Shown piece after piece: positions 1 through 10,640 of a stretch of 27,399 nucleotides of DNA. The translations under genes were made by a program, and so were the position numbers. The DNA is from Octopus sinensis. Lineage: Eukaryota. The DNA is taken from positions 1-27,399 of the forward strand of contig NW_021833357.1 in NCBI RefSeq assembly GCF_006345805.1, given 5' to 3'. Numbering within the stretch: the stretch's first letter is position 1; every line of letters starts with the position of its first letter. The notes beneath the pieces are model-generated. The model was not told where the DNA came from, searched no databases, and saw only the letters and a program-made list of their open reading frames with translations.

Positions 1-152
1 GTGATACGCAGTGGGACTGAACCCGGAACCATGTGGTGTGAGAAGCAAGTTTCTTATACAGCCACCCCTGCGCCTATAGCGCCACGCCTGCGCCTGTAGC
101 GCCACGCCTGCGCCTATAGCGCCACGCCTGCGCCTATAGCGCCACGCCTGCG

Positions 153-158
<6 letters not shown>
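1..158 (-). mobile_element. tRNA-derived SINE family A, 5' head portion with tandemly repeated terminus
   Basis: gcagtgggactgaacccggaaccatgtgg recurs near 1069-1097 and, diverged, at 8670-8695. On the minus strand it reads as a box-B-like GGTTCAGTCCC within a tRNA-like head. Confidence 0.85.
61..158. repeat. 20-bp tandem repeat, about 5 units (gccacgcctgcgcctatagc)
   Basis: Units start at 61, 81, 101, 121 and 141 with 0-1 mismatch each. Confidence 0.95.
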
Positions 159-235
<77 letters not shown>

Positions 236-280
236 GTGTCAAACAGGCAGACAGACAGACAGAGAAAGAGAGAGAGAAGG
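155..280. repeat. Compound microsatellite (TA)n-(AG)n-(GACA)n
   Basis: Directly visible. Confidence 0.95.
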
Positions 281-851
281 AGCAAGTGGTGTAAAATGTG
301 TTCTCGCCATCTGCGCTGTTCATCAATTTGCTCTCGTTTCAACAAATGGGGGCGATAAACTGGGCCCATGCAGAGCAGAACTGTAAAACCGTTGAACCAG
401 TCGATGCACTTTCTGAGTTCAAATTCTGCCATAGTCTACTCGATTTGTAAACTTGGCCCGTTGATTCTAGTCAACTTATGCGCCTTTAATGGTCTCCATT
501 CTGTCTACTAAACTGCAAGCATTTACTTATGAAGAATTCAATTTATCGAAGTCTTGGACAAGTAAAGCCGTAGCTTTGTTGCTGTTCATTAAATTTCCAT
601 TTGTGTTATAATTATATCTATTTTTGATGCTAATATTTTGATCTCAGTAGTTACAATTTTAACCCAAGTTTTAGCGGAAAATTTAGACCACCAGATCAAT
701 TTTTTAAACAAGCTTAACAAAAGTTATTCAACAAGTGATGATGGTTGATCCGTCGGAAGTTTTATAGTAATCTAAATTGTATAGAAGCTCACCTAAACCA
801 CATTTGTTACCAACCCTAAGACATATCAATTGAAAGTTAACATGTTCTTAT

Positions 852-1113
852 TACTACTGCTAAGTTACGGAGACGTAAACACACCAACATCGGTTGTCAA
901 GCGATGGTGGGGATCAAACACAAATATACACACACGTACACACAGATACATATATATTTATATTTATATATACGACGGGGTTCTTTCAGTTTCCGTCTAC
1001 CAAATCCACTCACAAGGCTTTGGTCGGCCCGAGGATCTATAGTAGAAGACACTTGCCCAAAGTGTCACGCAGTGGGACTGAACCCGGAACCATGTGGTTG
1101 TTAAGCAAGCTAC
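852..1113 (-). mobile_element. SINE family A, partial
   Basis: Collinear with 8470-8720 (aagttacgg.gacgtaa...ggttgtcaagc...tagtagaa.acacttg.ccaa...gtgggactgaacccggaacc). Confidence 0.9.
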
Positions 1114-1239
1114 TTTATTTCAAAATTTTTGCCTCAAAGGCATGACACAGAGTAGCTTGCGTCCTAGACAGAAACATTGATGAGGTGAATGATGAAAAAA
1201 GAATGATGAAAAAATGATGGGGGAAGACAAAAAACGCCC

Positions 1240-2400
1240 GCCGATTTTTTGCTTCTCTAAAACATTATTCTCTTCTTTTTTTTTCACAGTAAAAAGACGA
1301 AACGAGGTATTGAACCTCTTACAATTATTGGCCCAAGAGTCCAGTTAAAAATTGGGGCGTTAAGCCTCTTAAACACATTCAATAAATATGAAATATTCTA
1401 CAATAAACATTGTAACACTGAGGCTTTTCAAACTCTTGTCACTATTCCTCCCCAACATCGCTTGTGCCCGTATACTCCGCCATCACCCACGCCTCATTGA
1501 AGACCAAGGCGGTTTCCGAGTCGGCACACCCGGCCAAAAGCGATATTCCTCATTGAGTCCCTGCAGCCTACGCATCACTGGCAACGTGATCTATAGCTAT
1601 CTGCGGAGGCCATTCGGGATGCTGAATGAAGATTAAAGGTACTCCCTTATGGTGCTTTTCCACCACCTCTCCTACTTCTCCGCCTCTGTAGAAGAATACC
1701 AATAGTCCGTCTTCCTCTGGGTTCGAGGTAGTGAATTCTACAGTTGGCGGCACAATTCCTGCCAACGGTGTCTCTTCCCCAGCCGGTGGCACAACCCCTA
1801 CCAGCAAGGTTCTGGACATTCCGGTGCTATGTCACCGACTGCTGGCAATGTCACGTTTCTCTTCCTCTTCCTCTTTTTTTCTTCTCAACTGAGGGAGGGT
1901 GCGTCTCCTCCGTGACCGGGAGATTCGCCTCCCCTACCTCATCCCTAGGATCCTTCGGTGAGCACCCATTGTAACTCACCTTTTTCCTCTTGCGGTCTTT
2001 CTTTGAGAAATCCTCCGCCTCCTCGGTCGCCTTCGTTCCTTCTTCTACAGAGGTCTCAATCAACTACTCCAGGATTTGCTTTGTTCCTGAAGACAGTTTT
2101 TTCTTTATATGGCCAGGCTCCAGGCACCGATGACACCTGGTAGGGGGCAACCCTCAAGAATCACCGTGTAGCTGCACCCGGCCATTTTCAAAAAAATCTG
2201 GCATAACCAGATTCATAGCTGATTGGGTCCACAGAGTCAGCTTTTGACCCAACCCAATCAGCCGCAGGAAAAATTTTCACATTGAGGAGCATGGCTCCGC
2301 TACCACCCAGACCCCGACGGATAGTATCATCTATCCACTCCGGTTCAATTCTGGGTGGCAAATCACAGACCCAACCCAAATTTCAAAAAGAAAAGAGAGA
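1240..2400 (-). mobile_element. Degenerate L1/Tx1-like retrotransposon ORF1 (gag-like) with CCHC zinc knuckle
   Basis: Minus strand 2135-2093 reads CHRCLEPGHIKK(N)C, a CX2CX4HX4C motif with one extra A in a homopolymer. It is preceded by YTVILEG and WVCDLPPRIEPEWI and followed by a charged K/E-rich region, with several stops and frameshifts. Clade assignment is inference and the boundaries are approximate. Confidence 0.7.
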
Positions 2401-2563
2401 ATGCAAAAGGAAACAAAAGGGAAGAAGAGAAAAAGCAAACAGTTCAATAGAGTGAGTCACAATAGAAGAAAACAACAGTTCAACAAAACACAGCAAAAAA
2501 AATCGTCTGAGCATTCAGGTACTCTAAGCTCTATGGTACACCGATTAGAACCTGGACTGCTCC

Positions 2564-2847
2564 ACTTGAAATACAGCTTTCAAATTATTGGTAAACGTTG
2601 TTGTAAAAACACGCACTATTCACAAACAGCGAATAACTTTTGGTGGCAGGATATGCCCCCAAACTATACCTCTCACAATGAGAAAAAATTTCCACTTAAT
2701 GTGGACACTTGAAATACAGATTTCCAATTATTTATAAACGTAGTTGTAAAAACACACGCTATTCACAAAAATGAACAACTTTTGGTGGCAGGATACGCCC
2801 CCAAACTATACCTTTCCCAATGAGAAAAAATTTCACTTAATGCGAAC
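2564..2847. repeat. Two tandem direct copies of a 143-bp unit
   Basis: acttgaaatacag...ttttggtggcaggata.gcccccaaactatacct...caatgagaaaaaattt at 2564-2706 and 2707-2847. Confidence 0.95.
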
Positions 2848-3060
2848 AATATTGCTGAACTGCAAGCAGACCAAAGTTCTGAGTCCAGTGAGGACTCCTT
2901 GTTTGTAAAAAATATTACCACAGACAACGAGCCCCACTGGGCCCAAGAGACAAAAGCCTTATCTTGCAGTAGCTACTTTTTCGTCAGCTAAAACACCGCC
3001 GGCTATCTTCTTCAGTGCACAACACAATGACGCATGCGTACACTGACAACAAAGACTCAT

Positions 3061-3103
3061 GGGAAGTAAGCAAGCTACTTACCATACAGCCACTCCTGCG
3101 TCT
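3061..3103 (-). mobile_element. SINE family A, extreme 5' fragment
   Basis: aagcaagctacttaccatacagccactcctgcg matches 44-75 and 1103-1113. Confidence 0.75.
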
Positions 3104-3400
3104 GGCAGCATTTCGTTCGTATTTACGTGCTGAATTCAAAAATTCAGCCGAGATCGACTTTACCTTCCATCCTTTCGGAGTCGATAAATTAAGTACCAGT
3201 GAAACACTGGGGTCGATGTAATCGACTAGTCCTCTCACCCCAAATTTCAGGCATTGTCCCTTTAACAGAAAGGATTATTACTGACAAAATTAAGGTGACA
3301 AGTTGGCAGAATTGTTAGCGTGCCGGTCAAAATGCTTAGCAACACTTCATCCGTCTTTACGTCCTGGATTAGAATGCTGCCGAGGCCGACTTTGCTTCCT
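3104..3400 (+). mobile_element. Two partial copies of SINE family B (3104-3280 headless; 3291-3400 head)
   Basis: Shared core gtcgataaa.taagtaccagt...cactggggtcgatgtaatcgac and head tggcagaa.tgttagc also found at 12977, 22451 and elsewhere. Confidence 0.85.
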
Positions 3401-4468
3401 AAATACACAAATGTATGTAATATACTGTATTACCTCTGTGGGCATTAAATAAATGTCCATCATAATGTCACTGGAAATTAGATTGTGCAGTAACAGCTCT
3501 GTAAATCGCAGCAAAAGATAGGCTTATTTTGTCCAATCCTTTTATCAATCTACTACCTTTATGACACAGTGTAAATTTGGAATGTTTCATTATCCTGAAG
3601 TATTGAGTTCGATGACCTATCTGGGTTTCGATGAAGATATAAGTGTTCACGCTATGAAATATAGAAATCATAATGCTATTTACTAACACACAAGAACCAA
3701 ATTTTATTGCTTGTGCTAAATAAAATATGGACAAACCACAAAAGCTATGTTTGGAAGGCAAGTTGGTATGGAGCGTAAAGAAAGGTACAAACTTTCGGTC
3801 AGTCGAGTAAAACAGTTTCGTTTCCCAATTCAAGCTAATTAGTTTTATTAATAACATGAACACTTCAAGACTTCGTGCATTATTTTACATCAATAAATGA
3901 TTATAATCATCCGATCAAATCAATTTCTGCCATGTTCCATTCATGAACTCATTGGAATTCTCCTAGGCATTTACTGCCTTAATAAATGCGACCTTCCATT
4001 TTCAAGAGGGTAGGTCCAATTTGAAGATTTGTTGCCGTTTCTAGATCTAACGACCATGCTGAGGCTGTTTTCGCGTTGGCTTGCTGGTGATAGTGTTAAT
4101 CCTACTATTTACTATCAAAGCCTTTTCCGTTGCTCACCACTTGGATTGTCATGCACTTTAAATAAATTTTCTTCAATATATGGACAACTTTTATCGTAAA
4201 TGATAATTAAGTAGAGCTAAATATAGTTTGGTAAATGCGTCATTCATTTGTTCATAGTAATACAATTCGCAAAGGTCTGAGAAGAAAGCCATTTTGGTGA
4301 AGATTTTTTTTTCAAATTATACTAACAAGTGTTGAACACGGCATTATGGAAAGATAACGAAACTGTGAGATTTAAAGTAGCGTATTTTTTCCAGTGACGA
4401 GCTGTTAGTGTTTTTTTTTGTGAAACCTATGCACAGCTTAGTGAACTGAGCTACTTGAGAAGATAGAT

Positions 4469-4506
<38 letters not shown>

Positions 4507-4820
4507 AGGGTGAGAGAGAGAGGGAGAGAGAGAATCTTGGTCACAAACGCAGTGCAGTGTTGATCAGAGAATGAAAAATATTGGCCTCGTGGATTCTTTT
4601 TATGAGTTTGTGAGAGGAAGAAGGGCAGCACCAATTATTTGGCAGGGCTTCCAAGGGTGGTTGAGAGTAAGGGAAAAGAAAACAGCAACTTAATAAGATA
4701 CCGTTTCATCCTCAGATCATAGACAAATATTTGTGATACAGTGGAATCTGCTAATAGCACCAAGAGAGTCGGTTGGTTGTGTCAAATAGGACAGGCAGAG
4801 ATCATCTGGCAGGCATACAT

Positions 4821-4925
4821 TCAGTTTCTATCAACCAAGTTTCACTAACAAGGCTTGAATGAACCCAGGGCTTCGACAGAAAGCACTTGTCCCAGGTGAC
4901 GCGCAGTGAGGGACTGAACCCGAAA
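4821..4925 (-). mobile_element. Old, diverged SINE family A-like fragment
   Basis: ttcagtttctatcaaccaagtttcactaacaaggctt...gcacttgtcccaggtgacgcgcagtgagggactgaacccg aligns loosely to 976-1086. Confidence 0.6.
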
Positions 4926-5722
4926 AGAGATTGCTGTCTTTAACTTTATTGACTGTTACCACCCGCGCTCTTTAAAGATAGTTTAGTGAGTTACTAAAAT
5001 GTCTTAATTCCAAACACAGTTAACAAATAATCTAGTTAATGTAAATAGAATTATTTTTATTTACGAGTCTGTCTTAAGATTGGCGTCATTGGGACATTCA
5101 CGTAGACATTAAGTGCACACAACTGAGACTTATTAATTAAATAAACCTTGTCTGCTTTCGCTTTTTAATACCACAGTAATAACAACAATAACAACAACAA
5201 CAACAATATCGTTTCTTTTCCTTCTTCATTCTTCTTTTTCTTCCACGTTGCTTTCTTATCGTCAAGGGAGTGTTTCAAATTATTTGGGAAAGTTTCAAGT
5301 CAGCCGATACAAGGAAATAAATAATACAGGTCGAATAATGGCCCCTGATTCTGTTAGTAAAGGCCATTCTCACTTTCTTGATCTTATTGCCGGCTAATTG
5401 TCTTATAGTTTGGATGTCATTTAGATAAGCTTAAATTAAGACGGAGCCGGAACAGTTTTATGACGAAGGCGATTTTGAAGTAGTGGACATTGACGAAATT
5501 GATGATGATAAGGAAGAGGGGAAGGTGAAACAGAAAGGGGGGGTGAGGAGGAAGTGGTGGAGAAGGAGAGCGAGAGAAAAGTCTGAAAAGCATAATGGAG
5601 ATGATGAGGATGATGTTGAGAGCAAGAAGACGAAAGTAAAATAGGAGATTATCGATAAGAGTTTTAAAATGAAAATTAAAAGATAGATAATAATGAAGTT
5701 TTCCTTACAATAGATACGAAGT

Positions 5723-6298
5723 CTGAAATTTTGGGGAGAAGTCTGGTTGATTACATCAACCCCAGTGCTTGATTGGTACTTTTTTATCGAAAGGTTAAAA
5801 AAAAAAACAAAGTAGGCCTCGGCAGAATTCGAACGCAGAACACAAATCCAGAGAAAATACCGCTACGCATTTTGTCTGGGCCGCTAATGATTCTGCTAGC
5901 TCGCTCCCTTAATAATAATAATTGCTTCAAATTTTGGAACAAAGGCTGGTGAGTAAGTCGATTACTGGTACTTATTTTATCGAACCCGTAATGGATACAA
6001 GGCAAAGTCGACCTCGGCGGAATTTGAACCCAGAACATAAATCCGGAGAAATGCTGCTAAACATTTTATCTGATGTACTAACGATTCTGCTAGCTTGCTC
6101 CTTTAATTATAACAATAATACTTTCTACTATAGGCACAAGGGGGACAAGACTGATCGATTACATCGAACACAGAACTCACCTGGTACTTATTTTATTTAC
6201 CAAGAAAGAATGAACGGCAAAGTGGACCTCGGCGGAATTTGAACTCAGAATATGAAGATTCCGAAGAAATGCCTGTAACTATTTCGTCCGACGCGCTG
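5723..6298 (-). mobile_element. Three head-to-tail SINE family B copies (5723-5910, 5926-6104, 6120-6298)
   Basis: Each has (g)acctcggcggaatttgaac or a variant, plus tggtactt; copies are separated by short (TAA)n. Confidence 0.85.
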
Positions 6299-6699
6299 AT
6301 AATAAAACGTAATCATAAAAGCGACGTGAACAATTATGATAATAGAAAAGTAGTTGACGACTTAAAATTTAAGAATGAATGAAATTTTTTGAGGAAAAAA
6401 GAGAAGATAACGGGGAAAAATTATATCAACGGAGATAACAAGCTATTACGGAGACGGCACATACACAAAACTACATCCATACACACAAACACACACACAC
6501 ATACACACACATACACACAGACACAGAAGCACAAGTTCTCGTAATCAGCGAAATTTTAATGAATTTATCTATATTAATGTTATCTGATTACGTCTTCATT
6601 ATGATAAATATAATCTTTCATTAGGGGAAGAGAAGACGAGTCTACTTCCGGTTTACTCGTCTGCGTTTAAATCGAATTTTTCCTCACTCTTGTTTCTAA

Positions 6700-6759
6700 T
6701 ACACACACATTATATGTATGTATGCATGTATGATATATATATATATACACACATATATA

Positions 6760-6808
<49 letters not shown>

Positions 6809-6908
6809 TATCTTTCTATATATATATATATTATATATACATATATATATTATAATATATATATATATTATACATAATATATATATACGTATATATATAA
6901 TATACATG

Positions 6909-6956
<48 letters not shown>

Positions 6957-7016
6957 TAATATATATATATATATGTATATACATATATATATATATTATA
7001 TACATATATATATATT
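6700..7016. repeat. (TA)n-rich compound microsatellite
   Basis: Directly visible. Confidence 0.95.
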
Positions 7017-7349
7017 AGAAAACCTGGAAGATATTCTTCATTTAAAAACATAAAAAGTTATGGAATTTATGGTCTGTTATTATTATCTAAAGAATGATTT
7101 AGTTAACTAATCTGAAAGGCGCTTTAACTACATTATATAATTATGCAGAATTGAAGCTAAACGTAGACTTTATCAAGGATTTTATCGAGAAAACGATTAA
7201 ATTATTTAACGAAGGGAAGGATGCTTGTATTAGAACTAATTAGTATACTTCATAATTTCAATAGAGTTGTTGCTGTTTTTGCTGTATATTTTTTTAGGTT
7301 TTAGGTTGTAAGTTTGGTTAGGTCAATGTTTTCTACCTCAAATTTCATG

Positions 7350-7553
7350 TATGTGGCACACACAAACACAGGCACGCAAACAGATACACACACGCAAACA
7401 TGAACATATAAGTGTTGTGTATGTGTGTGTGTATGTGTGTGTGTGTGTGTGTGGGTGTGTGTGTGTGTGTGATTGAGTATGTGTATGTCTGTATGTTTGT
7501 GGTACGTATGTAGTACACACACATATACATATATATATAGAGAGAAATATGTG

Positions 7554-7584
<31 letters not shown>

Positions 7585-7908
7585 GCATAGAGAGAAATAT
7601 ATGTATGTGCGTGCTTGTGTGTGTGTATGTAAGAATTAGATATATATGTCAGTAAGTATGTATGTAAGCTCAGATAAAAACACGAGTGAGCTTGTGTGTG
7701 GGTTTTCAGATTTATATAATGCGTGCATATATTGCATACAGATACTTCTACATACATTCATACATACATACATATATACATACATACATACATAAACACA
7801 GACATACAGACACACACACACACTTGTATATAAGATATATTCACACTTGCGTATTCTAAATAATATATATTTATACATATAAACATTTCATGTATTATTT
7901 ATACATAA

Positions 7909-7946
<38 letters not shown>

Positions 7947-7954
7947 CATCTCTC

Positions 7955-7994
<40 letters not shown>

Positions 7995-8080
7995 TATATA
8001 TACATACAGAGAGAGAGAGATGAGAAAGAGAGCGAGAGAGATGAGAAAGAGAGCAAGAGAGAATCCCTCTAAGCAACATG
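7350..8080. repeat. Compound CA/TG/TA/TC/AG microsatellite field
   Basis: Directly visible. Confidence 0.9.
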
Positions 8081-8114
8081 TCTCCTTGCTTTTCATTTTC
8101 TAACATTAGCTTCG

Positions 8115-8362
8115 GAATATTCAACCGAATATTCCGACTTTAACTTTGGTCCCTCAGAGTCGATAAAATAAGTACCAGTTGAACACGGGGGACGATGTTA
8201 TCGATTAACTTCGTCCGCAGAAGTTTCAGGCCTTGTGCCTATAGTAGAAAGTATTGTTAGCTTCGGGGAACATGCTTAGCTTTGTTTATCCCTGTTCGCT
8301 TCATCCTAAGTTCAATTTTCGCCGAGGCAGCTTTATATTTCATTCTTCTGGGATCGATGTAT
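8115..8362 (+). mobile_element. Two diverged partial SINE family B copies
   Basis: gtcgataaaataagtaccagttgaacac...tttcaggccttgtgcctatagtagaaag, followed by a second diverged head and box B. Confidence 0.75.
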
Positions 8363-8365
8363 ATA

Positions 8366-8735
8366 TTCTTTTATTCTTTTACTTGTTTCAGTTATTTGAC
8401 TGCGGCCATGCAGGAGCACCGCCTTGAAGGGATTTAGTCTAGGACTTATTCTATCGGCACTTTTGCCGAAGCGTTAAGTTACGGGGACGTAACCACGCCA
8501 ACACCGGTTGTCAAGCAGTGATGGAGACATAAACACGGACACAAACACACACACAGACACGCACGCACACACACACACACACGCACGCGCATATATATAT
8601 ATATATATATATACACAATGGGTTTCATTCAGTTTCTGTGTATAGTAGAAACACTTGACCAAGGTATTGCGTAGTGGGACTGAACCCGGAACCATAAGGC
8701 TGGGAAGCAAGCTTCTTACTACACAGTCACACCTC
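8366..8735 (-). mobile_element. SINE family A, near full length
   Basis: Tail cttttattcttttacttgtttcag...gcggccatgc.ggagcacc, internal CA/TA repeat and tRNA-like head at 8660-8730. Confidence 0.85.
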
Positions 8736-9171
8736 GAAATGAAAACTTTACTCAATAGTATCGACTAATTCCCTTCCCTGGAAATGCATGTCCTTCTGCG
8801 TAATTTAGAATCCATTATTTTTCTGTTGCTTCACTCAACTAGTCTTATGTTCGGCTCAGTTCTGCAATTGCTCACAGGTTGATACCTGTCTATTCCAATA
8901 TGTATTCGTACGAATTGCGAATTAAGTTGTATACTGCAGCGAATGTTATCAAGAGATTTGATTGGTAACTCGGTTATGTTGACCAGCAGAGTCACATGTG
9001 CTTAGACACATGCACTATACAACTGGAAAACAGCAAAAGAATAGTATGTTTGAGGGAGTATCTAAGCAAGTCCTGATAGAAATACTAGCCAAATTTTTAA
9101 GAAATCACATCCTCACATCTTTGAAATATGTGATATGTATAACATCTTACCTTACCATTATATTTATATTT

Positions 9172-9222
9172 ATATTTTTATCTAGTTTCAGCTCACGAGC
9201 TGTGGCCATGCTGGGGCACCTG
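9172..9222 (-). mobile_element. SINE family A-like 3' tail fragment
   Basis: tagtttcagctcacgagctgtggccatgctggggcacc resembles 8378-8420. Confidence 0.55.
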
Positions 9223-9385
9223 GCTCTTTCATTTAAATATTTGTACAAATGAAAGAGTCGCACTTTAAATATCAATCGATTTAGTTTACTAAACGCAGTC
9301 TGTTGTTTTAGCTATCATGTAGCGTCATGTCAACGTCTATACACACAATATATAACTGAAAAGATTGCAAAAAATTCATCTGCTC

Positions 9386-9480
9386 TGGGTCAATAAAATA
9401 AGTACCAGTTGAAAACTGGAGTCAATGCAATCGACTTAGCCCCCTTCACGAAATTGCTGTCCTTTACCAAAATTTGAAAT
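9386..9480 (+). mobile_element. SINE family B, 3' fragment
   Basis: gggtcaataaaataagtaccagttgaaaactggagtcaatgcaatcgactt. Confidence 0.75.
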
Positions 9481-9638
9481 CTATATCAAGCCTTTAGGAT
9501 GACGACTGACGTGGGACAATATAACAAATTTCATTTGCAAAGAGAGACCACTCGATACGATTACTCAAACTGCTATAATAAACACACACACACACATACA
9601 TATATATATATACATGCATACATGTGTGTGTGTGTGTA

Positions 9639-10160
9639 CGGTAACGCATTTTGCCACTATAACATGGTTGTTCTATAAAGAACAATGCTAATACATATTA
9701 ACCCCAGGAAAACGTTCTTTTTCAGTGCTTACCGACGCACAACTTGTGTCCGATATATTGTGAGTAAGGGACCGAATCACTCCCCTTCAGCTTGGCAAGA
9801 CCAGTAGTCCATGGCTTCTGGGTCTTTACCCTTTATCGGTACTGGACACCTGCCTGCTAGAGAAGGCAGTCAATCTGATTGATGGCAGCTGAAAAAGATG
9901 GTTTCCTGGGGTTTCAATGTAGTAATATTGTTCTTTATAGAACAGCCATGTTATAATGGCGAAAGAACGTTACTGCCTTATATCTCATTTGTTACTACTT
10001 ATATCTCATTTAGAGATTTTAGTACTAGCTATTTTGTTCGTTGCGAGATCATCGGCCGTCTGTCACTTCTCTGTTTATATAATGTGAGTAGGGACACTTG
10101 ACTGCCATCTCTAGCAGGCAGGTGTTCAGTACCGATGAAGAGTAAAATCCCAGAAACCAT
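9639..10160. mobile_element. Head-to-head inverted pair of a hammerhead-bearing non-coding repeat (Penelope pLTR or retrozyme-like)
   Basis: Two interleaved inverted repeat pairs: 9639-9728 with 9885-9975, and 9811-9873 with 10098-10160 (56/63 identical). Confidence 0.7.
9801..9845 (-). ncRNA. Degenerate minimal type-I hammerhead ribozyme motif (family 1)
   Basis: Minus strand: CCAGTA-CCGATAA-A GGGT aaag ACCC A-GAAGC-CATG-GAC-TACTGG. It has a perfect 6-bp stem I, a 4-bp stem II and a palindromic stem III. The sister copy at 10127-10160 (+) keeps CCGATGA and GAAAC. Confidence 0.6.
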
Positions 10161-10162
10161 AT

Positions 10163-10194
<32 letters not shown>

Positions 10195-10200
10195 CTTTAT

Positions 10201-10425
10201 TATTATGAAAGCTGCAAAAACATCACAAAAATATTTCAATAAACTGTTCCATTCTCAATCTAATCTGTCCGATGAACGGGAACGTGAAACTCTGAATAGC
10301 AGTTTTTTGTGTTATTTTTGTGATGTTTTTGCAACTTTAATAATAATAAACCATATTACTCTACCTCCGGTATTCCAGTACTATTTTTTCCCATCTTGTT
10401 TCACATTTATGTGCTTACTTTGATA
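10201..10425 (+). mobile_element. Second hammerhead-bearing repeat with an inverted 5' arm
   Basis: 10201-10233 vs 10313-10345 form a 31/33 inverted repeat that encloses the ribozyme motif. The right boundary is approximate. Confidence 0.6.
10265..10302 (+). ncRNA. Minimal type-I hammerhead ribozyme motif (family 2), partly degenerate
   Basis: CTGT-CCGATGA-ACG ggaa CGT-GAAAC-TCTGA-ATA/GCAG. Stems I and II pair, and the core matches CUGANGA...GAAA except for U4C. The cleavage triplet reads ATA rather than GTA or GTC. Confidence 0.65.
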
Positions 10426-10550
10426 TATATATATATGTATCTTACTTTTGCGAAGGTTCGGTAGGTAGGTAGGTAGTAGCAGATCTGAAGAAATATTTAC
10501 TATGAGGGATGTTGTTTCCGGATTTTGGTTGTTTAAGCAGCATTAGCAAA

Positions 10551-10640
10551 GAAGAAGAAGAAGAAGAAGAAGAAGAAGAAGAAGAAGAAGAAGAAGAAGA
10601 AGAAGAAGAAGAAGAAGAAGAAGAAGAAGAAGAAGAAGAA
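10551..10640. repeat. Perfect (GAA)30
   Basis: 90 nt uninterrupted. Confidence 0.98.

Noticed and set aside
61-158. CRISPR-like repeat array
   Set aside because: Units are contiguous with no spacers, the context is eukaryotic and there are no cas genes.
293-450. Plus-frame peptide containing NWAHAEQNCK, reminiscent of the C-type lectin W..A...C motif
   Set aside because: The match is too short, the other CTLD residues are absent and there are no suitable splice sites.
3468-3863. 131-aa minus-strand ORF in non-repetitive sequence
   Set aside because: No motif, no convincing splice boundaries, and composition typical of AT-rich non-coding DNA.
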